From an uncultured delta proteobacterium (GTDB lineage: Bacteria; Myxococcota_A; Polyangia; Polyangiales; Polyangiaceae): a DNA stretch of 64,000 bases. Shown piece by piece: positions 1 through 10,156 of this stretch; within the stretch, counting starts at the first letter, position 1, and each line of letters starts with the position of its first letter. Position numbers and translations under genes: made by a program. The notes under the pieces are model-generated. The model saw only the letters and a list, made by a program, of their open reading frames with translations, searched no databases and was not told the DNA's origin. The DNA lies in NCBI GenBank assembly GCA_963841435.1, contig CAWJCS010000004.1, positions 128,001-192,000 on the forward strand. The letters run 5' to 3'.

Positions 1-1002
1 AACTACAAGCGCTCGGTGTGCGTCGAAGAGTTCACTTACCAAACAGGCGGCAAGATCCCGACCATCCAAATGTCGACCGGGGGGCCCGCCCCGCTCACTA
101 CCTTGGATCCCTTCCAGCAGGTCGAGGCCGAAACCATCGCGTTCTCGGCAGGCCTCAAGACCGAGACGTGCACGGACACGGGCGGCGGCATGAACGTCAC
201 CTCGATCAGCAACGGCGACTACATCAAAGTGAAGAACGTCAACTTCCTGGATGGCGTCACGTCCTTCGATGCCAGGGTCTCCGCGTCAGCCGGCGTGGCG
301 AACATCGAGCTTCACCTCGACAGTCAGAGTGGCACGCTCCTCGGGACCTGTGACGTGTCAGGCGCTTCGTCGTGGACCAAAAAGACCTGCTCGGTCAGCG
401 GCGGTAGCGGCACGCATGACTTGTTCCTGAAGTTTACCGGGGGAAGTGGGGACCTGTTCAAGTTCAATTGGTGGCAGTTCACGGGTCCGACGACGTCGAA
501 CCCGGATGGCGGCGCGGCCGGGAGCAGTGGCACGAGCGGAGCGTCGGGCGTCGGCGGCGCTCTTGGGGGCGCGGCTGGCTCGACGAGCGTGTCGGGTGGC
601 GCTGCGGGTGTGACAGGTGGCTCGGCGGGCACGGGCGGCAGCGGCACCGTGACCGGTGGCACGGCAGGCGAGGTCGGAGGCGGCACCGGTGGCGCGGCCA
701 GCGGCGCGGGCGGAGCGCAGGGCGCGGCGGGGGCCGGCCCGCCACTCGGAGGGAGCGGCGGGTCGACTGCCGGCCAGGGCGGCTCGAGCGCCGGCAGCGG
801 CACTTCAGGCACGGGGGGTAGCCCCGTGGCCAGCGGCAGTCCCGGCGCCGCAGGTGACTCGACTGGCTGCGGGTGCCGAGCGAGCTCCGGTGCGAGTCAC
901 GCGCCCATCATCACGGCCCTGTTGCTGCTTGGGCTCGGTTTGCGCCGCCGCTCCGCGAGAGCCGTGTCGCGTAGCCAAGCGGTCGAACGCCTTCCCTTTT
1001 GA
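1..1002 (+). CDS. 5'-truncated glycoside hydrolase (GH43-like) C-terminal part: CBM6, Gly-rich linker and MYXO-CTERM sorting tail
   Basis: Frame open from base 1 (NYKRSVCVEEF). CBM6 motifs VEAE, NGDYIKVKNVNF, GTHDLFLKFTG, FNWWQF. Tail GCGCR + hydrophobic stretch + RRR. GH43 is inferred from the linker preceding CBM6; the catalytic domain lies outside the window. Confidence 0.8.
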   Translation, partial: NYKRSVCVEEFTYQTGGKIPTIQMSTGGPAPLTTLDPFQQVEAETIAFSAGLKTETCTDTGGGMNVTSISNGDYIKVKNVNFLDGVTSFDARVSASAGVANIELHLDSQSGTLLGTCDVSGASSWTKKTCSVSGGSGTHDLFLKFTGGSGDLFKFNWWQFTGPTTSNPDGGAAGSSGTSGASGVGGALGGAAGSTSVSGGAAGVTGGSAGTGGSGTVTGGTAGEVGGGTGGAASGAGGAQGAAGAGPPLGGSGGSTAGQGGSSAGSGTSGTGGSPVASGSPGAAGDSTGCGCRASSGASHAPIITALLLLGLGLRRRSARAVSRSQAVERLPF

Positions 1003-1101
1003 CCCGCGCCCGGGACCCGGTGGCCGCGACCGATGAGCCTGTCGGCGGGCGGCGGCGACCCCTCCCGCGCTCCGCCACCCACCATCTTCGGGTGCGTGCT
1101 G

Positions 1102-2553
1102 CTAGGGGAACTTGAGCGACGGGTAGAACGCCTCGATGTTCGCTTTTAGTGCCGTCACGTTGCTCGCGCTCAGCAGGGCATTGGTAATGAAAGCCTCACG
1201 CATGAGAACTGGATCGGGCTGGCTCAGATCGCCCCCGCCACCGAGGTGGACGGCCGTCCCTGCGTTGATATTCGCCTTGGGGGGCGAGTGCGAGAGTACC
1301 TGGGTGCCGTTCATGTAGGTGATGACCGCGTTCGCGGATGGGTCGAACTGGGTGACGACGATGGCGTTTTCGATGGGCGACGAACCGTAGTCGAACAGAT
1401 CGTTGTTCTCCTCCTCCTCCGCCCCCACGCAGTAGCTGTTGTTCTTGCCGCAGTTGACGGCAATGCAGCAGCCTCCCGAATCCTTCCACCCGTACGCCAG
1501 GGCGACCATGAAATCGGTGCCGAAGGTGTCGTTCGCGTTGTACTTGTGGGCAATGCCGAAAACGCCGCAGCAATAGACCTGGTTGGGGACCGGCTTGCCG
1601 TTGTACCCGAGGCCAATGGCCTTCGACCCGCCGTTGACGCCGGTGGCAAAGGCGTCGCCCGAGAGCGCGTATTCCTGCGGCGCAACCGTCGTGAGGATCG
1701 GCAAGCCCGTCGCCTGCTCGATCGTGAACTTCGCGGCGCAGGTGTAGCCGCCGGCACTGCAGTTCGGACCCCAAGGTGCGGCCCATACGGCCGGCAAGAG
1801 GTCGTTGCTCCCGCTGTGGACCTGGGCGTAGATCTTCGAAACGACGCATTTCGACTGGGTGCCGCCGCAGTAGGCGCTCCATGTCGTCATGTCCGCCGTG
1901 TGCGCGTCGGTCTGGCCGATGTCGAGCGTCGTCGCGTTCTTGTCCGCGGCCATTCCGAGCTGGAAGAGCGGCCCCTTGTAGCTCGCCGTCATCGCCCTCG
2001 TCAGGCTGTACGCCTCCGCGCACCCGCCCGTTAGGAGGTCGCAAGGTCCCTGGTAGGTCGATGCGGTACCGGCGCTGCCGCTGGTTCCCCCGGAGGCCGA
2101 GCTTCCCCCGCTTTCGGTCCCTCCGCCGCCGGAGCTCGTTCCCGCTGTTCCTGCCTGGCCGCCCGTGCTGACGGTGCCACCCGCGTTGGCCATGCCGCCC
2201 GTGGGGGGGTCTCCGCCGGCGCCGCTGCCGCCAGTCGAGCTCGCGCCGCCCGTTGCGGTGGTTCCGCCGGTCATCGTGGCACTGCCAGCGGCGCCGCTCG
2301 CCCCGCCCGAGCTGATGGTGCCGCCGCTGTTGGCCGCGCCTCCCGAGCTGACGGTGCCGCCGCTGTTGGCAGCGCCTCCCGAGCTGACGGTGCCGCCGCT
2401 GTCGGTCGCGCCTCCCGAGCTGATGGTGCCACCGCTGTTGGTCGCACCCGCGGAGCTGTTGGTGCCGCCGCTACCAGCACCGTTGCCCGGGCCGGTGCAA
2501 TCCGTGAGGGTCAAGAAGACGGCTGCACCAAACAAAAGGATGCTGGTTCTCAT
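1102..2553 (-). CDS. Lipoprotein with divergent GH54 (alpha-L-arabinofuranosidase B) catalytic domain
   Basis: Signal peptide ending in Cys, Gly-rich spacer, then GPCD..., AYSLTRAM..YKGPLFQL, vicinal CC, ENN and LGGGGDLS matching AbfB motifs. No CBM42 seen. Start placed at ATG 2553. Confidence 0.7.
   Translation of the reverse strand: MRTSILLFGAAVFLTLTDCTGPGNGAGSGGTNSSAGATNSGGTISSGGATDSGGTVSSGGAANSGGTVSSGGAANSGGTISSGGASGAAGSATMTGGTTATGGASSTGGSGAGGDPPTGGMANAGGTVSTGGQAGTAGTSSGGGGTESGGSSASGGTSGSAGTASTYQGPCDLLTGGCAEAYSLTRAMTASYKGPLFQLGMAADKNATTLDIGQTDAHTADMTTWSAYCGGTQSKCVVSKIYAQVHSGSNDLLPAVWAAPWGPNCSAGGYTCAAKFTIEQATGLPILTTVAPQEYALSGDAFATGVNGGSKAIGLGYNGKPVPNQVYCCGVFGIAHKYNANDTFGTDFMVALAYGWKDSGGCCIAVNCGKNNSYCVGAEEEENNDLFDYGSSPIENAIVVTQFDPSANAVITYMNGTQVLSHSPPKANINAGTAVHLGGGGDLSQPDPVLMREAFITNALLSASNVTALKANIEAFYPSLKFP
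2306..2472. repeat. Coding tandem repeat, 36-bp unit, ~4.5 copies (GGA[AT][ND]SGGT[VI]SS)
   Basis: Unit cccgagctgaYggtgccgccgctgttggccgcgcct starts at 2306, 2342, 2378, 2414, with a degenerate copy near 2450. Confidence 0.85.
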
Positions 2554-2774
2554 GGGGTCTGCTCCATCGGAGGGGTAAGGCGCTCGATGGTCGAGTGGCA
2601 AAGTCCAACCTACCGCGTGCGGCTGCCGCGGAGAAGCACAGCGGTCGATATGATTGTATTTCGGATCATCGCAACTTCCTTTGCGATGAGAACATTGTGG
2701 GCCGGACAGAGGAGACTAAGGTGACCTTAGTACCCGGGTTGCCTAGCTCCTTGCGGAACTGGCGCTTCTTCGCA

Positions 2775-5135
2775 CTACCGGCGGAAGCGGCGCGCAACGA
2801 GGTACAGCGGGCCGGTCAGGGCGTAGCCCGCGGCGCCCATCAGGATCACGACCGAGAAGCCCAGGTTGGTAATGGCGGTCATGCCCCACGACGCGCCCCA
2901 CACCGACGACAGCGTAGCCATGGCGTAGGTGGCGGGCACGGCCCCGCGGCGCCCGGCCTCCACCACGCGCTCGACGCCGAACGGGTAGAACATCCCGAGG
3001 AACGTCCCCGCGGGCGCCACGCACAACGCCACGCAGAGGATCTTGAGTGGCAAGGGGAGTGAGAGCAGGCGCGCGTTGCATAGGTGCGTGGCGAGCACGC
3101 CCCACGCGATGGCGGCCACGGCCGGCAGCACGAGCGTCGCCGGGCCGCGGAACACGCGCAGGCGGCCCTGCAAGTACGCGCCGAGGGCGTTCGACGCCAG
3201 GAACAGCGCCAGGATCACGGCCACGGCGTAGAGCGGGCTGCCGAGAAACAGCTCGGCCTTGGCGATCAGCCCGATCTCCACGCACATGTACGACACGCCC
3301 GCCACGAAGAAATAAAGCACCCACGGCCAGGGCACGCGCCGCTCGCGGTCGCGTCGCAGGCCCACGAAGGCCATGACCGCGACCGAGACCGCGCCGAAGA
3401 ACAGGATGGTGAACACCTTGATCCAGCTCGAGGCGTAGAGCTGATCCACGAAGCGCGCCTTCGCGGGCAAAAGCTCGAAGTCGCGCCAGCTCACCTCGTG
3501 CACGAACGGGCGATCGTCCGTCACGAGCGGTCCGCGCGTGCGCCCCAAGACGGCGTCCACGAAGCTTGGCTCGCCCACGCCCGAGGGCGAGTAGAGCACC
3601 CTCCGCGGGTACGGCCACGACGCGATCTTCCGGTCGATGGCCGCGATCTCGTCCCGCGTGAGCCCGCCAGGCTCGACGACCATGCTGTCTTGCCCCCGGG
3701 TTGCCGGGGCGCCGAACGCGAAGACCGCCTTCCCGAAGTCGCCGAGGCCGCGCTCCGCGAAGAGCGACCGCAGGCTCTCGGCCTTGTTGAGCACGGGCTG
3801 GTTCTCGAACACAATCATCGAGCTTGCTCCCGGGGCCAAGTGGTCGAGGTACGACGCCATGGCCTCGTCGGTGTCGAGATACTTCCGTGTGTCGCCGGTG
3901 CGCTCGGCGTTGACCGAGCCGTTCGTGGCCACGAAGATGAGGTCGTAACGACCGCGGTCGTTGTTGAGAAAATCGCGCCCCTCGCGCACCACGAGGTGCA
4001 TGTTGGGCCGCGCGTGGAAGGCGCGCAGGTTCATGCCCGCGAGCAGCGGCTCCCGGTACAGGTCGACCACGGCGGGGTTCAGCTCCACGCCCGTGATGTC
4101 CGCCCTGCCCTCCGCCATGCGATCGAGCTCGACCATGTCGCGCCCCACGCCCGCGAAGAGCACGAGAATGCGCTTCGGCTCGTGTCCCATGAGGAACGGC
4201 AGCGTGGGGTGCAGGCGGTAGGGCAAAAGGTCCGCAGGCTTGTCCGCCGGATCCCAGCGCGGGACCTTCACGTTGCTGACCCCGTCGTCCTGCACGATGC
4301 CCCACGCCTCCCGGCCCGCCCCCGGGTTGCCGGTGCCGGCTCTGAGGAGGCTCGTGCGCGCGAGGTCGTTCCACCGCACGCGCACCTCCTCGATTTCCAT
4401 GCCCCCGCGGGCGTAACCGCCGAGCACGTAGCGCGACAGGCTCGCGGCGTCCGGGTGCTCCTCGAACACGCTCCCGCGGAACGCCAGGAACGCGATCATT
4501 AGATACCCCGTTGTACCGGCGGCCACGGCGAGGCGTCTGCGGACGAGCGGCGTGGCGGCGAGGAGCGCGAGCGCGCCGAAGAGCACCGTCATGATGGCGG
4601 GCGGCAGCCCCGCCCAGGTCAGCACGAGGGGCGCGAGGAGGCAGCCCGACGCCGCGCCCGCGAGGTCGAAGAAGTACAATCGTCCGATGCTCCGCGCGCC
4701 CTCGTCGAAGTACAGGGCCAGGAGCGCGCCGCAGATCGCGTACGACGGCAGGAAAATGCCCGAGTAGGAAAGCATGCGCGCCGCGTCCCCGTAGGGGTTC
4801 TCGAGCGAGACGTGGATGACCGGGAAGAACGCGTTTGCGATGGCGAAGAAGCCCACGAACGCGGCGGCGAGGACCGGCAGTAGTAGCACCTGCAGGATCG
4901 CGGTCAGGCGGCGTGCGTCCGGTGTTCGCTCGCGGTGCACGAGCAGCGAGCCGAGTGAAAGCCCGAAGAGCGCCACCGGGATGGCGAGGAAGTTCGAGAT
5001 GCTGCCGAGAAAGAAGGCCAGCATGCGGGTGTGTAGGAGCTCCACCATCAGGCACACGAGCCCGACGAGGAAGATCCCGATTTCGACCTCCCGGTTGGGG
5101 CGCGCGGGGGCCGCCCCTTCGGGGTTCTGCGACAT
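2775..5135 (-). CDS. Membrane protein with spermidine-synthase-like/SAM-dependent methyltransferase domain
   Basis: About 7 N-terminal TM helices, Rossmann motifs RILVLFAGVG, ITGVELNPAV, EGRDFL..RYDLI, then a C-terminal TM bundle (YMCVEIGL, FLGSP, LGMFYPFG). Confidence 0.8.
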   Translation of the reverse strand: MSQNPEGAAPARPNREVEIGIFLVGLVCLMVELLHTRMLAFFLGSISNFLAIPVALFGLSLGSLLVHRERTPDARRLTAILQVLLLPVLAAAFVGFFAIANAFFPVIHVSLENPYGDAARMLSYSGIFLPSYAICGALLALYFDEGARSIGRLYFFDLAGAASGCLLAPLVLTWAGLPPAIMTVLFGALALLAATPLVRRRLAVAAGTTGYLMIAFLAFRGSVFEEHPDAASLSRYVLGGYARGGMEIEEVRVRWNDLARTSLLRAGTGNPGAGREAWGIVQDDGVSNVKVPRWDPADKPADLLPYRLHPTLPFLMGHEPKRILVLFAGVGRDMVELDRMAEGRADITGVELNPAVVDLYREPLLAGMNLRAFHARPNMHLVVREGRDFLNNDRGRYDLIFVATNGSVNAERTGDTRKYLDTDEAMASYLDHLAPGASSMIVFENQPVLNKAESLRSLFAERGLGDFGKAVFAFGAPATRGQDSMVVEPGGLTRDEIAAIDRKIASWPYPRRVLYSPSGVGEPSFVDAVLGRTRGPLVTDDRPFVHEVSWRDFELLPAKARFVDQLYASSWIKVFTILFFGAVSVAVMAFVGLRRDRERRVPWPWVLYFFVAGVSYMCVEIGLIAKAELFLGSPLYAVAVILALFLASNALGAYLQGRLRVFRGPATLVLPAVAAIAWGVLATHLCNARLLSLPLPLKILCVALCVAPAGTFLGMFYPFGVERVVEAGRRGAVPATYAMATLSSVWGASWGMTAITNLGFSVVILMGAAGYALTGPLYLVARRFRR

Positions 5136-5453
5136 GGGCGCAGCCTATCGCGCCAAGGACGACGGGGGCGCGAAGCTCGGTCGCGTTCGCGGGCGGGTGG
5201 GCTCGCCTGCGCGGGTCTGCTCGTCGTTGCGTCCGTCGGTGGCGAAGCGGGTGACGCAACGACGCCGGGCGATGCGGGAGCCCCGGCGGCCGGTACAGGA
5301 GGCACGGATGGCGGTCTCTCGCCGGTCGCGAGCCCCGGCTGCGCGCTGGCGAACCCCGACGTGCCAACCTTCTTCTGGCTACTTGAGCTCGCACGCCGGG
5401 TCACGTGGTCGCGCAGCAAACGCGCAGCGCGCGCGCCGCTCACGCCCCGGACG

Positions 5454-5621
5454 TTACTTGAGCTGCGCCAATTGCGCGCGGACCTTGTTCGGCGTGGCGC
5501 CGACCATCTTCACGGCGTTGCGCAGCTGCGCCTCGGAGCAGTGGAACTTCTGACACCAGTACGCCCGTTCCGAGGCCTCGTTGACGTCAACGCGTGCGCG
5601 AATTTTGGGGTTGTCCGACAT
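5454..5621 (-). CDS. DUF3606 family small protein (55 aa)
   Basis: MSDNPKIRARVDVNEASERAYWCQKFHCSEAQLRNAVKMVG matches the 'E..YW...F..S...L..AV..VG' pattern. Confidence 0.8.
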   Translation of the reverse strand: MSDNPKIRARVDVNEASERAYWCQKFHCSEAQLRNAVKMVGATPNKVRAQLAQLK

Positions 5622-5803
5622 GTGGCTCGTGCTTTGGCGGGACTGGAAAATGTTCCGCGCGGTTACAAAGGCGCACGGCGAGCCGCCTGCGTCAACCCTG
5701 TGCTGCGCCCCTCGGTCCAATGTCGCGCGAATGACCGGGTGATCCTTCGGAAGCTCCTCTTGGAGCTTTCGCGTCACGAGGTCGAACCGGCCGCGAGCCG
5801 GCT

Positions 5804-7351
5804 CTACGGGCTCGGCGTCGTGACGGGCCAGCCGGCGTCGTCGAAGTAGAGGTCGGACACGTGCATGGCGAAGACATTGCCCGACGCCGACGCGTCGTAC
5901 GCGTGGTACACGATGTAGGCGCGCGCGTCGTTGAACACGACGTTCGGCGCGCCGGGGCCGACCCAGCCGTTGCCGTCGCCCATCAGCTTGGTGCCGCCGC
6001 CGCTCAACAGCTGAACGCCGTCCTTGTCGACGAAACCGCCGGTCATGCTCGTCGAGCGGCCGACGCGGATGTTGTACGTGCTGCTCGCGCCCTGGCAGCA
6101 CTTGTCCCACGACATGAACAGGTAATAGTAGCCGCAGCGCCGCACCATGTAGGAATTCTCGACGACGTTAGAGCCCGAGCGCCGCGCGATGTTCGTGATG
6201 GGGCTCGCCCCGTCGATCGCTCCCGCCGTGGTCAAACCGACGATGTGGATGCCGTCCCACCCGCTGCCGAAGACGAGCCACGGTGCCCCGTCCGGATCGA
6301 GGATCACGGCAGGGTCAATCGTGTTCCAGTTGACGTTCGTGTAGCTGCCGTAGGCGGGCGAGTTGGAGCAGATGATCGGGCCGCCGCTGTCGGCCCAGGC
6401 CCCCGTGCTCATCGCCGCGCGCGTCGCATGGCCGAGGCACGACGTCTTGCTGCCGAACGTCGAAGCCGCGTAGTAGAGGTGATACTGCCCGCCGAAATAC
6501 GAAAAGTCGGGAGCCCAGAGGTCGCCGCCCGCCTGGTCGAAGGCGCTCACGTACGTCTTGATCCAGCTCGGGTTGGCGCCGCCGAGTCCCTGCTTGATGT
6601 TCGTCCAGGTCGTCAGGTTCGTCGAGCTTCGCGTCCAGAGGCTGAGGCCGCTGTTCGCCGAGTAATAGACGCCGTTCGCGAGAATGACCGTCGGGTCGTG
6701 CACGCTCGGGCCCCCGCTTACCGCATATGACTGGGGCGGCGTGAGCGCGTCGTAGACTGCGACGTTGCAGCGGTCATCAGAGGAGCCACCGCCGGTGCCC
6801 GAGGTGCCGCCACTCATGGCCCCACCGGTCGCGGCACCGGCCGTCAACGTCCCGCCCGTCGGAGCGCCACCGGACGCCGCTCCGCCGCTCATGGCGCCAG
6901 CAGCCGACGAGCCACCGGTCATGCTCGAGCCACCGTTCGCAGCTCCGCTCGCGCTGGTCCCGTCGCCCGCGGTCGTTCCACCGTTCGTGTCGCTACCGCC
7001 GGTCGCGGTCACGCCGCCGCTCGCGGCTCCACCCTGAGCGTCCGTGCCGGCGCTCGCCGAGGCGCCACCTTCGGGCGCGCCTCCACCCGAGCCGCCGGCG
7101 CCCGTTCCCGAGGCGCCGCCCGTGCTCTGGGCGCCCGCTCCGCCCGCGGACCCGGGCGCGCCGGACAGCGCCGCTCCGCCCCCGCTTGCCGCCGGCTGAC
7201 CGCCGGAGCCCCCACTCGTTCCGGCCGCGCCGCCCAAGAGAGTCGTCGTGTCAGTCCCGTTCGACGCGCAGCTCACGACCGGCAGGCCGAGAACCAGGGC
7301 CCACCATGCCCCTTGCGGAAGGGTCCATCGTTTAGCCACGGACAACGGCAT
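5804..7351 (-). CDS. abnA: GH43 endo-1,5-alpha-L-arabinanase lipoprotein with Gly-rich tether
   Basis: Lipobox VVSC. Motifs HDP, WAPD, YYAASTFGS, IDP, FGSGWDGI, VEN, DKCC..YNIRVGRS. Confidence 0.85.
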   Translation of the reverse strand: MPLSVAKRWTLPQGAWWALVLGLPVVSCASNGTDTTTLLGGAAGTSGGSGGQPAASGGGAALSGAPGSAGGAGAQSTGGASGTGAGGSGGGAPEGGASASAGTDAQGGAASGGVTATGGSDTNGGTTAGDGTSASGAANGGSSMTGGSSAAGAMSGGAASGGAPTGGTLTAGAATGGAMSGGTSGTGGGSSDDRCNVAVYDALTPPQSYAVSGGPSVHDPTVILANGVYYSANSGLSLWTRSSTNLTTWTNIKQGLGGANPSWIKTYVSAFDQAGGDLWAPDFSYFGGQYHLYYAASTFGSKTSCLGHATRAAMSTGAWADSGGPIICSNSPAYGSYTNVNWNTIDPAVILDPDGAPWLVFGSGWDGIHIVGLTTAGAIDGASPITNIARRSGSNVVENSYMVRRCGYYYLFMSWDKCCQGASSTYNIRVGRSTSMTGGFVDKDGVQLLSGGGTKLMGDGNGWVGPGAPNVVFNDARAYIVYHAYDASASGNVFAMHVSDLYFDDAGWPVTTPSP

Positions 7352-7521
7352 GCCATGAGCACAGTGTGCGCACGGGCCGCCCGCCAGTCACGACTGCTCG
7401 CGGTGTTCCGGTCCGGGGGGTCAGGGACTGAGAGCGCCCTTTCGCCCAACGCTCGCCGCCCGATCTGACGCGCACCATCGACCCAGTCTCGGCGGTCGAG
7501 AGCCGTGATAAGGCCGTCGTC

Positions 7522-7953
7522 GTGGCAACGCAACGTCGAAAGCCTGCGCGCGGCGATAACGACGATGCGCTCGTCGAGCGACTGCGCGCGATCTGCCTCG
7601 CGCTACCGGAAGCGAACGAGCGCAATTCGCACGGCGAGCCGACGTTCTTCGCGGGGCGTGGAAAGTCCTTCGCTTCGCTCAATCGGTACCATCACGGCGC
7701 GGAGCACCTGTCCGTGTGGCTCCCCCAACCGCTGGGGGTGCAAAAAACGCTCGTCGATGCCGAGCCGAAGCGCTTCTTCAGGCCGCCTTACGTTGGTTCG
7801 AGGGGCTGGGTCGGCGTCGTGCTCGATACGAAGGCCGACTGGAAGCTCGTCGAGCAGCTCGTGCGCGACGCGTATCACCACGTTGCCACGGCGAAGCTCA
7901 GGCGGAGGCTCGAGGAGGCGGCAGCCGAGCAGGGCAGGCGGCGGGAGGGCTAG
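7522..7953 (+). CDS. MmcQ/YjbR family protein
   Basis: LRAICLALPEA, SHGEPTFF, FFRPPYVGSRGWVGV, LVRDAY. Confidence 0.85.
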   Translation: MATQRRKPARGDNDDALVERLRAICLALPEANERNSHGEPTFFAGRGKSFASLNRYHHGAEHLSVWLPQPLGVQKTLVDAEPKRFFRPPYVGSRGWVGVVLDTKADWKLVEQLVRDAYHHVATAKLRRRLEEAAAEQGRRREG

Positions 7954-7997
7954 CCGAGCGGGGCCACCCCCGCGAAATAGTGGTACCCTGTGCTTTC

Positions 7998-8324
7998 ATG
8001 ACCTTCATCAAGTGTCTGTGGGTGATGGGTGCGAGTCTCGCCTTGTTTGCGGCCTGTGGCAGTGGCGATGACGACGACTCCGGGGGCTCGGCCTGCGACC
8101 GCGGGTGCACGGCCACGGTCGCGGCGGCGTGTCCGATTGGGCCCTCGAGCCAGTCGGAATGCGTCTCCCAGTGCAACGCGCTCAGCACGGGCTCCTGCAG
8201 CGCGGAGTACGCCGCGCTCCAGGCCTGCGCCGACGGCAAGCCCATCACCTGCGATACCACGGGCATTCCGGTCATCGAGGCGTGCTCGAGCGAGCAAGAC
8301 GCGTTCATCGCCTGCTTGAGCTGA
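7998..8324 (+). CDS. Small Cys-rich lipoprotein (108 aa)
   Basis: Lipobox FAAC followed by GSGDDDDS and about 10 regularly spaced Cys residues. Confidence 0.7.
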   Translation: MTFIKCLWVMGASLALFAACGSGDDDDSGGSACDRGCTATVAAACPIGPSSQSECVSQCNALSTGSCSAEYAALQACADGKPITCDTTGIPVIEACSSEQDAFIACLS

Positions 8325-8355
8325 CCGGCGCGGCTCATATGCTCCGGGACGTAGG

Positions 8356-10081
8356 CTAGTTCGGGGCGCCGTTGAGCGCGTAGAGGTCGTCGATGAGAAA
8401 GGTGTTGCCGACGAGCTTGTTGTAATAGTCGTTGCCATTGTCAACGTCGAACTTCACGTAGAACACGGTTTTCTTGTCGGGCGTGATCTCGCGGATGGCG
8501 CCGCCCGCTCCGTAGTTGCCGAGGACGTTCCCGTTCGAGAGCTTGATGGCCATGCCGCGCGAGTAGGCCCATTCGGGGCCGTCCGTGGCGGCGTCACCGT
8601 AGAGCCACCTTCGGACCAGACGTTGGTTCGTCCGATCGATCTCGAACTCCTCGAAGGCGTGTTGGTTGGGCGCCGCCGTCGCAAAGCGACCGAAACCGGG
8701 CAGGTGCGACGAGACGAGCAGCGTTCCCTCGGGCGTGATGTTCGGGAAATGTTGCCAGAGCAGCGCCCACGGTTCGGGCGAGAACGCGTAGCTACCCTGC
8801 TGGTCCCCGTAGGTGGCGACGAGCGCGCCGCTTTCTCGGTCGATCTCCGCGATGGTGCCCTCTTCTGGGAACGAGAGCAGCACGGTGTCGGTCAGAGGAT
8901 CGTAGTTTACTGTGTTCGAGTAGCAGAGAAAGCTCGACCCGAACTCTTGGGTGCAGCTCCAGATGCTGCGATCCATCCCGCCCTTGCTCAGCTCGCGCAG
9001 CTCGGCATTGCCCTGGCTCCGCTCCTCGGTGTCGTAGAGCAGCGCGCCGTCGTTCGTCATGTCGACGCAGTCGGAGAGCAGCGGAATCGTGATCGTTTCG
9101 AAGTATTGTCGGTCGAGGCTCATCTCGAGCACGGCCGGGGTTCCGCCGGGTCCGAACGAGCGCTTCTCGGTGAACAGGTACTCGCCGTCGCGCGCGGGGC
9201 GGGGAAACGAAGACACGGCGTTCGTCGAACGGGTCGGCGTAGTACCAGACGATGCGTCCCTCGCGGTCCATGGCAAAGAGCCACCACGTGCCGTCGAAGT
9301 AACAGGCTTCGCTCGTGCACCCTCCCGTCGAATCCTCGACCGCGCCGACGAGCCAGCGCTCCTTGCTGGCGAGCGCCGCGTCGTACATCATCACCGTCAA
9401 CTTCGGCATGAGGCTCGGCACGGCGCCCGTCGTGCCCTCGTAGTCGCTCGTTTGGTAGTCCACGCCGCCTGCTTGGTTGACGATGCGCACCGTCACGGCC
9501 GTCGAACCGGGCACCCCGATCACAACGTCGCGATGGGCGCCGAGAGCGCCGATTTTCGGCCGGGACGTCATGACGGTGCCGCCGGCGAAGCTGAATTCGA
9601 GCCACGTCGCGTCAGCGGCCGTCGTTTGCGTCCACGTCACGTTGAGGAGCGTCTTCACGTCGGGGTGAACCGTGATGCTCACGTCCGACACGTAGGCGTC
9701 GCCCGAGCCGGCGCCCGCCGTCGCGGTGCCGCCGCTCGCGCCGCCCATCGCGCCGGCGCCTCCACCCGCGCTCGTGCCACCTGCGCTCAGGCCACCCGCG
9801 CTCAGGCCGCCCGCGCTGTCACCGCTCGCGCCGCCAACGGCCATGCCGGCGCCGCCCCCCACGCCGCCACCCGCAGACGCGCCGCCGCGCGTCGCTCCCG
9901 TCCCGCCCGTTCCGCCCCCCGCTGTCACGCCCCCGCCGCTCAATCCACCGGTGCCCTGGCTCCCGGCTCCGCCCATCGCGTTTTCGGGTGGACTATTTTC
10001 GCTCGTTTTCGGGGAGCAACCCAGCGCGAGCACGAGCGCCGGGAGGGGAAGGCGGATCCGTTGGAACGATGGCGTCAGCAT
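8356..10081 (-). CDS. Aryl-sulfate-sulfotransferase-like beta-propeller lipoprotein, split by a frameshift at ~9228
   Basis: Lipobox ALGC and Gly spacer; ..DREGRIVWYYADP continues as STNAVSSFPR.. in the 8356-9276 frame if one base is removed. WQH and NGNVL..G..REITPD motifs. Confidence 0.6.
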
Positions 10082-10156
10082 CCGGGGCTGTCCCGAGAGG
10101 TGACGTGCGCCTCGCTCCGAGGTTCAAAAGATTCGGCTCGACCTCGTTTCGAGGCG

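Noticed and set aside
1102-2553. Idea that the GH54-like protein is catalytically dead (MVA in place of MEA)
   Set aside because: The AbfB nucleophile lies in the D-x-E-N-N motif, retained here as EEENN; the GGD acid/base and vicinal CC are also present.
2743-5394. 883-aa Arg-rich ORF and similar long alternative-frame ORFs (e.g. 37851-39464, 43868-45829)
   Set aside because: They overlap well-supported genes, lack motifs, and are expected from stop-codon scarcity in high-GC DNA.
5804-7351. GPGA in place of the usual GPGH in the arabinanase
   Set aside because: The three catalytic carboxylates appear intact; a single substitution is too weak to claim altered function.
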